A stretch of 64,000 nt of DNA, taken from assembly GCA_964552375.1 (NCBI GenBank), contig CAZKFX010000001.1, positions 3,929-67,928 of the forward strand. The letters are read 5' to 3'. The translations under genes and the position numbers were made by a program. Shown here piece by piece: positions 55,172 to 64,000 of this stretch. How positions within the stretch are numbered: position 1 is the stretch's first letter; every line of letters starts with the position of its first letter. The notes beneath the pieces were generated by a model, which worked only from the letters and a program-made list of their open reading frames with translations, searched no databases and had not been told where the DNA came from. The DNA is from an uncultured Candidatus Saccharibacteria bacterium (lineage in GTDB: Bacteria; Patescibacteriota; Minisyncoccia; Minisyncoccales; CAZJYT01).

Positions 55172-55597
55172 ATGGCAAAAAAAATCACAAAAATAATAAA
55201 ACTTCAAATTCCTGCCGGAAAAGCCACTCCCGCTCCTCCAGTAGGACCAGTTTTGGCTCCTCAGGGGATAAATGTGGGAGAGTTTTGTAAAAAGTTTAAT
55301 GATTTAACAAAAGAAAAAGCAGGATTTACCATTCCCGTAGAAATTATTATTTATGAAGACAGAAGTTACGATCTTAAACTAAAACAACCTCCTGCTTCAG
55401 AATTGATTAAAAAAGCAATAGGAATTGAAAAGGGTTCTGGTCAGCCCAATAAAAAAAAGGTAGGAAAACTTACAAAAGCTCAATTAAAAGAAATTGCTAA
55501 ACAAAAACTCCCCGATTTAAATACTGATGATATTGAAAAGGCAATGAAAATAATAGCTGGAACCGCAAAGCAAATGGGAGTGGAAATTGAAGAATAA
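55172..55597 (+). CDS. rplK: 50S ribosomal protein L11
   Basis: [29 protein letters not shown]. Confidence 0.95.
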   Translation: MAKKITKIIKLQIPAGKATPAPPVGPVLAPQGINVGEFCKKFNDLTKEKAGFTIPVEIIIYEDRSYDLKLKQPPASELIKKAIGIEKGSGQPNKKKVGKLTKAQLKEIAKQKLPDLNTDDIEKAMKIIAGTAKQMGVEIEE

Positions 55598-55603
55598 AAA
55601 ATT

Positions 55604-56155
55604 ATGGTTTTGTCAGATAAAGAAATAAAAGAATATGTAAGAAAATATAAAATGATCTCTCCCTTTAAGAGCTCTTTGATTACAAAAAATAAAGTTTCTT
55701 TTGGTTTGTCTTCTTATGGATATGATTTTAGGATAGCTCAAGAATTTAAAATTTTTACCAATGTTAACAACGCAATTGTTGATCCTAAAAATTTTGATTC
55801 TCGTTCTTTTGTTGATTTTCAAGGAAAAGTTTGTATTATTCCTCCAAACTCTTTTGTTTTAGGGAAAAGTATTGAATATTTTAGAATTCCTCGGGATGTT
55901 TTGGGAATTTGTCTGGGAAAGTCAACCTATGCCCGTTGCGGAATAATTGTCAATGTTACTCCTTTAGAACCCGGATGGGAAGGTTATGTGACTGTAGAAA
56001 TTTCAAACACTAGTCCTTTACCAGCAAAAATTTATGCCAAAGAGGGTATTTGCCAAGTGATTTTTATTAAAGGAAGTAAAGAATGTGAAGTTTCTTACGG
56101 AGATAGAAAAGGAAAATATCAAAAACAAAAGGGTTTAACTTTGCCCAAAGTTTGA
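55604..56155 (+). CDS. dcd: dCTP deaminase (dUTPase-fold)
   Basis: [12 protein letters not shown]-terminus; dCTP deaminase family length; sits at the position normally taken by rplA. Confidence 0.8.
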   Translation: MVLSDKEIKEYVRKYKMISPFKSSLITKNKVSFGLSSYGYDFRIAQEFKIFTNVNNAIVDPKNFDSRSFVDFQGKVCIIPPNSFVLGKSIEYFRIPRDVLGICLGKSTYARCGIIVNVTPLEPGWEGYVTVEISNTSPLPAKIYAKEGICQVIFIKGSKECEVSYGDRKGKYQKQKGLTLPKV

Positions 56156-56775
56156 AAATGAAAAAAAATAAATTTTCTGGAAGATTTATTGTTTTTGAGG
56201 GATTAGATGGTTCTGGTAAATCTACTCAAGTTAGTCTTTTAGATAAATTTTTAAGAAAGAAAACAAAAAAGGTTCACTGCACAGCAGAACCCACTCAATA
56301 TCTAATTGGAGGATTAATTAAAAGTTGGATTGCTAACGATTGGAAAAGTTCTCCCGATTGTTTGCAACTTTTATTTGCAGCAGATAGAGCCTATCATTTA
56401 GAAAAAGAAATTATCCCTTTATTAAAAAAGGGAGTGACGGTAATTTGTGATAGATATTTGTTTTCCAGTTTGGCTTATGGAAGCTTGGATTTAGATTTTG
56501 GTTGGCTTTTGAAAATTAACGAGAAATTTGTTTTACCTGACATTACTTTTTTTTTAGATGTCTCACCTGAAATTTGTATTGAGAGAATGAGAAAAGAGAG
56601 ATTTTCAATTGAGTTGTTTGAAAAAAAAGAAAAATTAGAAAAAGCAAGAGAAAATTTTCTAAAACTAAAAGAGAAATTTGATAATTTTTATATTATAAAT
56701 GGAGAAAAAAAGATTAAAGAGGTTTTTGAGAAAATAAGAGAAATTTTAGAAAGGTCTCAATTAATAAAAAATTAA
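56152..56775 (+). CDS. tmk: Thymidylate kinase
   Basis: [18 protein letters not shown]-loop, DRY motif region. Confidence 0.85.
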   Translation: MKMKKNKFSGRFIVFEGLDGSGKSTQVSLLDKFLRKKTKKVHCTAEPTQYLIGGLIKSWIANDWKSSPDCLQLLFAADRAYHLEKEIIPLLKKGVTVICDRYLFSSLAYGSLDLDFGWLLKINEKFVLPDITFFLDVSPEICIERMRKERFSIELFEKKEKLEKARENFLKLKEKFDNFYIINGEKKIKEVFEKIREILERSQLIKN

Positions 56776-56787
56776 TTTAAAAATCTT

Positions 56788-57528
56788 ATGAGAAATAGAG
56801 AAAAATTTCCTCAAAAAAGAGAAATACAACCAGAAAAAATAGAAGAAAAAGAAAAATATTTTGAAAAGATAGCAGAAAAAACAGCAGAGGTGGTAATAAA
56901 ATCAATTAAGATGGAATCTTTTGATTTTTCTGAAGAGGAGATTGAAGATGAGGAAAAGATAATAGAAATAAAATATGAAAATAAGAAAGGGGAAAAAATA
57001 AAAGGAGCAAATCAATTTTTCCTTTCAGAAACTAAAGTGAAAAACGGAAAAATTGAAATTAAAGCAGAAAAAGGAATAAATAGGTTTGATGGTTCAGATA
57101 TAGGAGTAGAAAAAGGAAAAATAGTAGTTGATTCAGTGATAAATTATGGAGATGTTTCTGGAATGAAAGTAAGAGGTAAAGAGAATGAAATACGATTTTT
57201 AAGAGAAATAAATACCATTGATTTGTCTGGTATAAGAGGAGAAGTTAAAAAGGTTAAAGGAAAAAAAGAGAAAATTGGAGAGTTGACGGTAAAAATTGAC
57301 AAAGGAGCAATAAATGGAGATTTTAGTGGGGCTAAAGGGTTAAAAATCTTAAAAGTAGAAGGTATAATGAAAGAAGCTGATTTTAGTGGTATAAATGTAG
57401 ATGCTCTTGACCTTACCAATTTTGAAGCTGAAACCATTAATCTTAGTGATGCTCAATATAAAGAAATCCGCGGAAATTTAGAGAAATTTAATAAAGTGGA
57501 GGGAGTTGAGAGATCAGAGGAAGGTTAA
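56788..57528 (+). CDS. Hypothetical acidic Lys/Glu/Gly-rich repeat protein
   Basis: Low-complexity KGEK / IKGA repeats; no motif. Confidence 0.3.
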   Translation: MRNREKFPQKREIQPEKIEEKEKYFEKIAEKTAEVVIKSIKMESFDFSEEEIEDEEKIIEIKYENKKGEKIKGANQFFLSETKVKNGKIEIKAEKGINRFDGSDIGVEKGKIVVDSVINYGDVSGMKVRGKENEIRFLREINTIDLSGIRGEVKKVKGKKEKIGELTVKIDKGAINGDFSGAKGLKILKVEGIMKEADFSGINVDALDLTNFEAETINLSDAQYKEIRGNLEKFNKVEGVERSEEG

Positions 57529-58192
57529 AATTTTTATGGCGAAAATTTTAAAAAGAACAGGACATCACCGAATTTTGGCTATTTTGGTAGGATTAAATGG
57601 AGAAAACCCTTTAGAATTGATTGAATTGGCAGGAAGGACCTCTTATCAAAGTAGACACAAAATTACCAAAGATTCTGCCAAGAAATTTATAAAAATGCTC
57701 ATAAAAAGAGGACACGAATCAGTTTTGGAACATTCTGCAATGACAGTAGAATTCAACAATGTTTCTCGGGGTTTTACTCACGAAATAGTCCGGCATAGAT
57801 TAGCTTCTTTTACTCAAGAATCTACAAGATATGTAAGCAAAAACAATTTTAAAGTAGTAATACCTCCCGATAAAGATAAAGATGAAAAAATCGTTGATTT
57901 AAAATTGCCAGATGGTAAAAAAATAAAGGTATCTTTTCAAGAATGGATGGATTTAAATGAGAAAATGTATCAGGGATTGAAAAAAGCAGGTTGGAAAACA
58001 GAAGATGCAAGGCAGGTTTTGCCAATTGGAATTGTTTCTCAAATTGTAGTTACCGCTAATTTTAGAGAATGGCGTCACATTTTTAAATTGAGAACCGCCC
58101 CTGATGCTCATTGGGAGATTCGCTTTGTGATGAAAAATTTATTAAAAGAAGTAAAAGAAAAAATTCCTATAATTTTTGATGATTTAAATTAA
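57506..58192 (+). CDS. thyX: Flavin-dependent thymidylate synthase ThyX (start may be the internal Met at 57536)
   Basis: THEIVRHRLASFTQESTRY ThyX RHR...S..S.RY motif. Confidence 0.85.
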   Translation: MRDQRKVKIFMAKILKRTGHHRILAILVGLNGENPLELIELAGRTSYQSRHKITKDSAKKFIKMLIKRGHESVLEHSAMTVEFNNVSRGFTHEIVRHRLASFTQESTRYVSKNNFKVVIPPDKDKDEKIVDLKLPDGKKIKVSFQEWMDLNEKMYQGLKKAGWKTEDARQVLPIGIVSQIVVTANFREWRHIFKLRTAPDAHWEIRFVMKNLLKEVKEKIPIIFDDLN

Positions 58193-58195
58193 ATT

Positions 58196-59674
58196 ATGGA
58201 TTTTTTTGTCAAAATAGGATTAGAAATTCATGTTCAATTGGAGACAAAAACAAAAATGTTTTGTAATTGTCTTAATGATCCTTTAGAAAAGCATCCTAAT
58301 TTAAATATTTGCGAAATTTGCACTGGCCAACCGGGGACTTTGCCCACAATTAACAAAAATGCAGTGGAAAAAGTAATAAAAACAGGCCTTGCTCTTAATT
58401 GTCAAATTTCTCAATATTCCCAATTTGATAGAAAAAATTATTTTTATCCTGATTTGCCAAAGGGTTATCAAATTTCTCAATTTTATTTTCCTCTTTGTAA
58501 AAATGGTTTTTTAGAAATAGAGACTGAGAAAGGAAAGAAAAAAATAAAAATTAGAGAAATTCATTTAGAAGAAGACACAGCAAAATTAATTCACGAAAAA
58601 GATTTTTCTTTAGTAGATTTCAATAGAGCAGGTATTCCTTTAATGGAAATGACAACAGAACCACAAATGACCTCACCAAAGGAAGCTAGAATATTTGCTG
58701 AAAAATTTCATTTACTAATGCATTATTTAAAAGTTTCTGATGCAGATATGGAAAAGGGTCAAATGCGAGTGGAGGCTAACGTTTCGGTAAGCAAAAGCGA
58801 AAAAGAAATTGGCGAAAGGGTAGAAATTAAAAATTTAAATTCTTTTAAAAGTTTAGAAAGGGCTCTTGATTATGAAATTAAAAGACAAATTGAGATTTTA
58901 AAAAAAGGAGGAAAAATATTTCAACAAACCAGAGGATGGGATGAAAAAAGACAAATTACTGTTTTACAAAGAGAGAAAGAAAAAGCCAAAGACTATCGCT
59001 ATTTTCCAGAACCTGATTTACCCCCTCTTTATATTTCACAAGAGATGATAAAGAAGATAAAATTGGAAATTCCAGAGCTTCCTTGGGAAAAGAAAGAAAG
59101 ATTTGAGAAAGAATATCAATTAGACAAAAAGACAATAGAATTTTTTGTTTATCATAAAGAATTGGGACAATTTTATGAAAAAACAATGTCTGAATTGAGA
59201 CAATGGGTTAAAGAAGTTCAAAAAAAAGAAAGGATAAGCGAAGGAGAATTTTATAAATTGAGCAGACTTTGTGCCAATTACATTATTTCTGATTTGCAGG
59301 GTTTGTTAAAAGAGGCAAAAATTGAAAATGAAGATTTTCTTTTAACACCAGAAAATTTTGCTGAATTGATAACTTTAATTTATACGAATAAAATTTCCAG
59401 TAAAATAGCTAAGATGGTTCTCAAAGAAATGTTTGCTACTGGCAAAGATCCTTCTAATATAATTTATGAAAAAAAATTAATTCAAATTACAGATGAAAAA
59501 GAAATAGAAAAAGTAGTAAAATCTGTAATTTCAGAAAACCAAAAAGCAGTTGATGATTACAAAAAAGGGAAAAAGGAAGCCTTGCAATTTTTAATTGGAA
59601 AAGCAATGGCAAAGACAAAAGGAAAAGCAAATCCTCAAACAATTAAAGAGTTGTTAAGTAAATTTCTTTCTTAA
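58196..59674 (+). CDS. gatB: Asp-tRNA(Asn)/Glu-tRNA(Gln) amidotransferase subunit B
   Basis: IGLEIHVQLETKTKMFCNC; GatB/YqeY C-terminal domain. Confidence 0.9.
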   Translation: MDFFVKIGLEIHVQLETKTKMFCNCLNDPLEKHPNLNICEICTGQPGTLPTINKNAVEKVIKTGLALNCQISQYSQFDRKNYFYPDLPKGYQISQFYFPLCKNGFLEIETEKGKKKIKIREIHLEEDTAKLIHEKDFSLVDFNRAGIPLMEMTTEPQMTSPKEARIFAEKFHLLMHYLKVSDADMEKGQMRVEANVSVSKSEKEIGERVEIKNLNSFKSLERALDYEIKRQIEILKKGGKIFQQTRGWDEKRQITVLQREKEKAKDYRYFPEPDLPPLYISQEMIKKIKLEIPELPWEKKERFEKEYQLDKKTIEFFVYHKELGQFYEKTMSELRQWVKEVQKKERISEGEFYKLSRLCANYIISDLQGLLKEAKIENEDFLLTPENFAELITLIYTNKISSKIAKMVLKEMFATGKDPSNIIYEKKLIQITDEKEIEKVVKSVISENQKAVDDYKKGKKEALQFLIGKAMAKTKGKANPQTIKELLSKFLS

Positions 59675-59696
59675 ATTTAAAAATAAAAAAACAAAG

Positions 59697-60779
59697 ATGC
59701 TTTTTAGAGAAGCCTCTAAAATATTTTTTTTATATTTGAGTAAATATTCAGATTTTTTTTTAAATTTTGTCTCTTCTTTTCCTTTTGAAGCTTCTATTAA
59801 ACTGACTGAGAGATGTAATAGTAAATGTATCACTTGTAATGTTTGGAAGAAAAAGCCAAAAAATGAATGGAGCGGGAAAGAAATAATAGAGATTTTTAAA
59901 CAATTAAGGGAAATAAAAATAAAGGCAATTACTCTTACTGGTGGAGAACCATTGTTAAGAGAGGATATTGGAAATTTAATTAAAAAAGCAAAAGAAATAA
60001 CGGGTGCCAAAGTTTATCTTATTACCAATGGACTTTTGTTAAAAAAGAAAGCAAAAATTTTAATAGAAAGTGGAATAGATTATATTAGTGTATCTCTTGA
60101 TGGAGTTGAAGAGATAAATGATAAGATAAGAGGAATTCCTGGACATTTTAAAAAGGCTATTGAGGGGATTAAATTTTTAAAAAAATTATCAAGAGAAAAA
60201 CCTTTAATTAATATTGGGACTACTCTATTAAAATTAAATTTAACTCAAATTCCTCAACTAATAAAAATTTGTCAAGAGTTAAAAGTAAACTGGTCTTTTA
60301 ATCTTTTAGATCAAAGCCTTTATTTTTTTCAAGGAATAGATTTCTCTAATTTAACAATAAAAGATAAAATTTTAATTAAAAAGACAATTGATTATTTAAA
60401 TAAGGTTTCCCAAAAAAACCCTGAAGTGTTTTCTTTTCCTCCGTTTGTTTTAGAATTTTCCAAAAACTATCTCGAAGGTAAAAGACCTTATTTTAAGTGT
60501 AGTTCAGGTTTTTTGAGGGTTTTTATTACTCCTACCTTTGATGTTTATTCTGGTTGTTGGGCTCTTTCTCCAATAGGAAACCTTCGAAAAGAGAAATTAA
60601 AAGATATTTTGAATTCTAAAAGATACAAAAAGAGAATAAAGAAAATGTTCAATTTAAAATGTCCTTATTGTACTTGCGGTTATATTTTTTCTTTAATAAT
60701 TGAAAATTTACCCTCTTTTCTTTTTTGGTTAATAAAAAATAAAAAAATTATTAAAAAGTATTTTCAGCTTTATTTGTAG
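59697..60779 (+). CDS. Radical SAM protein with SPASM-like C-terminal Cys cluster
   Basis: CNSKCITC (Cx3Cx2C); GGEPLL; C-terminal CPYCTCGY. Confidence 0.7.
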   Translation: MLFREASKIFFLYLSKYSDFFLNFVSSFPFEASIKLTERCNSKCITCNVWKKKPKNEWSGKEIIEIFKQLREIKIKAITLTGGEPLLREDIGNLIKKAKEITGAKVYLITNGLLLKKKAKILIESGIDYISVSLDGVEEINDKIRGIPGHFKKAIEGIKFLKKLSREKPLINIGTTLLKLNLTQIPQLIKICQELKVNWSFNLLDQSLYFFQGIDFSNLTIKDKILIKKTIDYLNKVSQKNPEVFSFPPFVLEFSKNYLEGKRPYFKCSSGFLRVFITPTFDVYSGCWALSPIGNLRKEKLKDILNSKRYKKRIKKMFNLKCPYCTCGYIFSLIIENLPSFLFWLIKNKKIIKKYFQLYL

Positions 60780-61168
60780 GTTTAAAAAATGTTATTTTTC
60801 AATGCTCTATCTAATATTACCGATAGGTTTTATTTTAAATTTACTTTATTATAAAGCGCAACGAAAACAAAAACTTATCCATCACTAGCCAGTTAATGAG
60901 AAAAAGTTTAAAGAGAAAGACTTTAAAAAATATCAAATTTGGAAGTAGTGAGACCGATTTTACATTTTAAATTTTCACTAAAATTTTGATAAAATTTTTT
61001 AATACCAAAAAGAAAGGAAATTAATTTTTCAAAAGAAAGATTAAAGGGATTTTTAAAAAGACTAAATTTTTTCAACTTTAACAAAAGGGGCCCTGAAAAA
61101 ATTTTCAAATGTTGGATGTAATTGTGTAGCTTTAGTAATTTAGCTATCCTTTCTCAATATAAAAAGCG

Positions 61169-62125
61169 GTGGCAAAAAATTTTAAAATGTGTGCTAACAA
61201 AATTAAAAAAGTTTTAGTAACAGGTGGAGCTGGATTTATCGGCTCTCATTTAGTTGATGCTTTAATTGAAAGAAATTATCAAGTAGTAGTTATTGATAAT
61301 TTATCTACAGGAAAAAAAGAAAATTTAAACAAAAAAGCCAAATTTTACAAAATTGATATTTGTTCTCAAAAAATCTCTCAAATTTTCAAAAAAGAAAAAC
61401 CAGAAGTTGTTTTTCATTTTGCTTCCCAAGTTGATGTTAGAAAGTCTATTAAAGACCCAATTTTGGAGGCCAAAATTAATATTTTAGGTTCTTTGAATTT
61501 AATTCAAAATTTTATCCAAATTCCTCAGTGTAGAAAATTTATTTTTGCCTCATCAGGTGGGGCTATTTATGGTGAGGCTGACCTTATTCCTACTCCTGAA
61601 ACACATCCAGAAAATCCACAATCTCCTTACGGAATCACTAAATTAACTATTGAAAAATATCTTTATTTTTATAAAAAGATTTATGGATTAAATTATATAT
61701 CTCTACGTCTTGCTAATGTTTATGGACCTCGCCAAAACTCAGAAGGAGAGGCTGGAGTAGTAGCAGTGTTTTGTAATAAAATGATTTTTGGGGGTCAACC
61801 AATTATTAATGGTTCAGGTTATCAAACCCGTGATTTTGTTTATGTAAAAGATGTAATTGAAGCCTGTGTTTTAGCTTTGAAAAAGAATAAAGTGGGGATT
61901 TTTAACATTGGCACTGGTAAAGAAACCACCATTAATACAATTTTTAAAAAATTAAAAAAGTTAACTGGTTCCAATTGTAAAAAAATTCATGGCCCAGAAA
62001 AACCGGGAGAACTAAAAAGAAGTTGTTTAGATTATTCCAAAGCCAAAAAAGAACTCAACTGGGTGCCAAAATATAATTTAGAAGAAGGACTAAAAGAAAC
62101 TATAAAGTGGTTTAAAAAGTTTTAG
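61169..62125 (+). CDS. NAD-dependent nucleoside-diphosphate-sugar epimerase/dehydratase (GalE-like)
   Basis: VLVTGGAGFIGSHL; YGITK (YxxxK); SDR extended family. Confidence 0.8.
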   Translation: MAKNFKMCANKIKKVLVTGGAGFIGSHLVDALIERNYQVVVIDNLSTGKKENLNKKAKFYKIDICSQKISQIFKKEKPEVVFHFASQVDVRKSIKDPILEAKINILGSLNLIQNFIQIPQCRKFIFASSGGAIYGEADLIPTPETHPENPQSPYGITKLTIEKYLYFYKKIYGLNYISLRLANVYGPRQNSEGEAGVVAVFCNKMIFGGQPIINGSGYQTRDFVYVKDVIEACVLALKKNKVGIFNIGTGKETTINTIFKKLKKLTGSNCKKIHGPEKPGELKRSCLDYSKAKKELNWVPKYNLEEGLKETIKWFKKF

Positions 62126-62231
62126 ACTTTAGAATTATTTTCATAAAGAAAATCTCCCAAAAATTTTTGAAGTTGGTTAAAGATTTGGCTGTTTTCTCTT
62201 CTGCTAAAATTAAATTTTCCATTTTTAAAAA

Positions 62232-63371
62232 TCAACGAACCTTTTCCCAAACTGGCTTTTGTTTTCCTAACAAACTTTTAATTATTCCTAACAAAGAAGC
62301 TAAATTTACCAAACAAAAGTAATAAATCAAGTTTAGCAACAAATTAAGTTTTCTTCCTTTTCTTTCAATAAGCCAACCGATTATAGCTAAAACATAAAAG
62401 AGGATTTGAGAAAGAAATAAAATTAAATAAAAAAAATGAGTTTTTATTAAAAAAATATTTATCAGAAAAATAAAAATTAAAAAAAATCCTACTACCCATC
62501 TTAAAATTTTATGAGAAATGAGCTGAAAAATTAGAAAAAATTTAAATTTTTTAAAAGCTTCCTTAAGTAAAATCAAAGCTCCTTTAAAATGCCAGCCGAC
62601 AAATACTACTTTTCTTTTAAAATTAGAAAGAGCTTGACGATACACTTCTTCTTCAGAGATAGCTTCTGGTTCTAATATTACTCCATATCCTTGTAAAATC
62701 ACTTGAATTGGCAAATCAAAATCATCTCCGCGAAACGGAGAAATTGGTTTATAAAGTTCTTTTTTAATTGCATAAATTGAACCGTTAGCTCCTAAAAGTG
62801 AAAAAAACTTGCTTTCTAATTTTTTGATTAATTTTTCGTAATTCCAATAAACTCCTTCTATTTCGCCAACTGATCCCTTAGACAGATTAATATATTTTAG
62901 TTGTCCAGAAACACAACCTATTCTTTTGTCAGCGAAATTACGAACCAATTTCTTTAAAGCTTCTTTTTTGAACATTGCGTTAGCATCTGTTAAGACAATA
63001 ATTTCTCCTTTACATTTTGATAAGGTTCTGTAAATTGTATGTTGTTTGCCTTTCCTTTCTGGAAAAGCAAAAAGCTTCACTCCTTTTTGTTCATACTCTT
63101 TTACTATTTCATTTGTTTTATCATTAGATTCTGAAGCTACAATAATCTCTAATTTTTCTTTTGGGTAATCTAAGGCCAAGCTATTTTCTATTTTCTGCCT
63201 GATTATTTTTTCTTCGTTGTAAACAGGAATTAAAAGAGAAACAGAAGGAAAAAATTCTCTTTTTTCAACTTTCTTTCCAAAGAAAAATCCCAAAATAAAC
63301 AAAATTAAAGGATATCCAACATAACAATATAGAATCAAAAAAATAAAAAACCAAAAAAGAAATTCAAGCAT
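62232..63371 (-). CDS. Family-2 glycosyltransferase, membrane-integrated
   Basis: SLLIPVYNEEK, DAN (DxD-like), multiple TM helices. Confidence 0.75.
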   Translation of the reverse strand: MLEFLFWFFIFLILYCYVGYPLILFILGFFFGKKVEKREFFPSVSLLIPVYNEEKIIRQKIENSLALDYPKEKLEIIVASESNDKTNEIVKEYEQKGVKLFAFPERKGKQHTIYRTLSKCKGEIIVLTDANAMFKKEALKKLVRNFADKRIGCVSGQLKYINLSKGSVGEIEGVYWNYEKLIKKLESKFFSLLGANGSIYAIKKELYKPISPFRGDDFDLPIQVILQGYGVILEPEAISEEEVYRQALSNFKRKVVFVGWHFKGALILLKEAFKKFKFFLIFQLISHKILRWVVGFFLIFIFLINIFLIKTHFFYLILFLSQILFYVLAIIGWLIERKGRKLNLLLNLIYYFCLVNLASLLGIIKSLLGKQKPVWEKVR

Positions 63372-64000
63372 TGATCCTTTTTTTAATCCACTGATAAGTA
63401 ATTTTTAAACCTTCCTCTAAACCAATTTTTGGTTGCCACTTTAATATTTTTTTCATTTTTCTAATATCTGCTTTTCTAGAAAGAGGTCCTACAGGTTTTT
63501 TCAAATCATATATTGGCTTTATTTTTTTTCTTGAGATCTTAATAATTTTTTTAGCGATTTCGTTTATTGAAACAGCTTTGCCAGAACCTATGTTTAAAGT
63601 TAGAGGCGAAACCTTTGAAATCGCTCTTTCCATTTTAATTAAAGCTTCAACGCAATCTGTAACATATATGTAATCTCTACTTTGTTTTCCATTTCCCCAG
63701 ATTGTAAATTTCTTTTTGGGATAAAAAATTGCTTTTTTGATTAAATCAGAAATGGCATGAGATCTTTCATTGAGAGGTTCGTTGATTCCATAAACATTAA
63801 AAATTCTGGCAATTCCAACTTTTATATTTTCCATTAAATTTAATTGAATTTCTGCCAAAAATTTTGACAAACCATAACCTCCATCTGGATTTAAATAAAA
63901 TCTAAATTTAAATTTTTGATTTTTTAAAATTTTCTCCATCTCTAAGTCTTTCTCAGAGAAAATAGCTTCAAAAGAAAATTGCTTGTCTAAAGGATAGATG
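63364..64000 (-). CDS. NAD-dependent epimerase/dehydratase, C-terminal part (5' end beyond the window edge)
   Basis: YGLSKFLAE (YxxxK) and epimerase C-terminal region; no Rossmann N-terminus before the window end. Confidence 0.6.
   Translation of the reverse strand, partial: IYPLDKQFSFEAIFSEKDLEMEKILKNQKFKFRFYLNPDGGYGLSKFLAEIQLNLMENIKVGIARIFNVYGINEPLNERSHAISDLIKKAIFYPKKKFTIWGNGKQSRDYIYVTDCVEALIKMERAISKVSPLTLNIGSGKAVSINEIAKKIIKISRKKIKPIYDLKKPVGPLSRKADIRKMKKILKWQPKIGLEEGLKITYQWIKKRINA

Noticed and set aside
60923-61108. 61-aa minus-strand ORF in the 390-bp gap
   Set aside because: No start context or motif, low-complexity. Retained only as part of the intergenic-gap finding.
1-64000. CRISPR arrays, rRNA genes, transposases/integrases, prophage
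   Set aside because: No regularly spaced direct repeats and no rRNA-like conserved blocks. No ORF with DDE/tyrosine-recombinase motifs was seen anywhere in the window.

Overview
This is an AT-rich, gene-dense bacterial chromosomal window read in the standard code. UGA is a stop: rplN ends in TGA at 18535-18537. It has short, often overlapping genes and many Lys/Glu-rich proteins. The housekeeping set is reduced (EF-Ts is short, rplA is missing after rplK, ribosomal operons are fragmented) alongside several archaeal-type enzymes. Together these suggest a small-genome CPR/Patescibacteria-like organism, though I cannot run a search to confirm this.

The window contains:
- **Origin region:** yidC, yidD, rnpA and rpmH on the minus strand, diverging from dnaA on the plus strand.
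- **Core translation and cell-division genes:** rplN-rplX-rplE, secE-nusG-rplK, rpmE, rpsB-tsf, rplY, pheS/pheT, gatB, gyrB, ftsA-ftsZ.
- **tRNAs:** five genes (Ala-UGC, His-GUG, Ala-CGC, Pro-CGG, Thr-UGU), none with CCA encoded.

The most interesting content is:
1. A type-IV-secretion-like module next to the origin, with a VirB3-like protein and a VirB4 ATPase split into two ORFs.
2. Two FtsZ paralogues whose expected features are swapped. The ftsA-linked copy has a T7-loop Asp-to-Asn change and no C-terminal peptide. The distant copy has an intact T7 loop and an IPAIFR-type tail.
3. Lipid genes mixing bacterial FAS-type enzymes with a geranylgeranyl reductase and a CarS-like CDP-archaeol synthase homologue.
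4. A tRNA-Thr-adjacent surface island: a Cys-rich repeat protein, a multidomain papain-like protease, a BNR protein, and a recurring 2-TM 'GG..V..AK..I' membrane module also present at a third locus.
5. A release factor lacking domain 1, a YbeY homologue that has lost its His triad, and a pyruvate kinase apparently lacking the lid domain.

I found no rRNA genes, CRISPR arrays, integrases or transposases.
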